Assembly (NCBI GenBank): GCA_023515725.1
Contig: JALDTO010000207.1
Location: forward strand, 6,908 to 70,907
Origin: Amoeboaphelidium protococcarum X5
Taxonomy: Eukaryota; Fungi; Aphelidiomycota
DNA length: 64,000 bases
Direction of reading: 5' to 3'
The notes under the pieces are model-generated. The model worked only from the letters and a program-made list of their open reading frames with translations. It was not told where the DNA came from and ran no database searches. The translations under genes and the position numbers were made by a program. The number at the start of each line of letters is the position of its first letter. The first letter of the stretch is position 1. Positions 63,271 through 64,000 of the stretch are shown here, piece by piece.

Positions 63271-64000
63271 TCAAGTAATATTAAAATAGTACATCATTTC
63301 AAAAGAAAACACCTTAAAACATTTAAGCCATTGCTCTTTTCCTTTTTCCTCTTCCTGAAGGTCTCAAATATTATATAAACGTTACAGCCTCTCAGGGTCT
63401 TCCAAATTCAGTTTTGATTTAATGGCCCAATCAAGTTACTTTTTTTCCGCTCTAGCAATTTGCGCCATTTGTCTCACAACTGCAGTCTACGTTCTACCCA
63501 GCAATGGGGGAATTACTCTAGGATCTTTACCATTCCTCAACTGAAGTTATAGCTATAAACGTTGCTCATTTCAATAACCGTAATGATTAGGATGAGGATC
63601 CTATTCAATTTCTGGGTATATCTCATTGTACTCATTGGCGAATTCAAAAGCAGTTATAATCAGTAAAGGGTTGTCTTTTCGTCTTTATGCCAGAGGTATG
63701 TACTTTTTCTCTTATGATCCACTAACAACTAAGTTGACCTATTTAACAACTTGCAATTATAGAGAGGAATTAGCATCACGCGTACAATCGATTTCAATTA
63801 CATCACCACCATCCGTTAAATCGCAATCTTCATCATCATCACATTAATCACTACTGAAAGGCTCATCTTTAGCAGGAGTGGCGCGCATACTCTTTGGCGG
63901 TGTCGGAGGGAACACCGCTTTCTCAGATGTCTGACATTTTCATTCTCTACTTTATCCCATCCAGCTCAGTATCAGCAGTAATCTCTTTCTTCTGCCTCTT
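63271..64000 (-). pseudogene. Myb/HTH-like reading frame interrupted by in-frame TGA codons (truncated by window edge)
   Basis: One frame gives ...FPPTPPKSMRATP...PNHYGY*NEQRLQLQLQLRNGKDPRVIPPLLGRTQTAVVRQMAQI...RLYNI*DLQEEEK; TGA at 63940-2, 63571-3, 63364-6. Confidence 0.45.

Noticed and set aside
1-64000. tRNA, rRNA or snRNA genes
   Set aside because: None recognised by eye; tRNAscan-SE or Infernal would be needed to exclude them.

Overview
Gene-dense eukaryotic genomic DNA read with a non-standard nuclear code: TAA and TAG encode Gln, and TGA is the only stop. The supplied standard-code ORF track therefore fragments every gene. Re-read by hand with TAR=Gln, 8.0-63.2 kb holds about 30 tightly packed housekeeping genes with few, short (50-81 nt) GT-AG introns. 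They include PARP1-like, BUD20, RBFA-like, PCBD, a PAO/TIC55-type Rieske oxygenase, OSCA/CSC1, a Qc-SNARE, ILV1, TFB5, an AlkB protein, mtSSB, two UNC93-like genes, UMP1, a CDF transporter, RPS15, Spindly-like, SCP2, STK11IP-like, TPR-like, an F-box protein, HSBP1, INPP4, TSR4, SPO11, MLYCD and an Obg GTPase. The code plus the fungal/opisthokont gene content suggests an aphelid such as Amoeboaphelidium protococcarum (inference). The first ~7.9 kb is different: a gene-poor island with two arrays of a 176-177 bp repeat carrying twin hairpins. The arrays bracket a 4.6 kb segment containing one intact 517-aa orphan ORF with a SAP/HeH-like N-terminus and a by-eye resemblance to mononegavirus nucleoprotein. 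That locus is my best candidate for something undescribed. All translations and coordinates were derived manually; no database searches were run.
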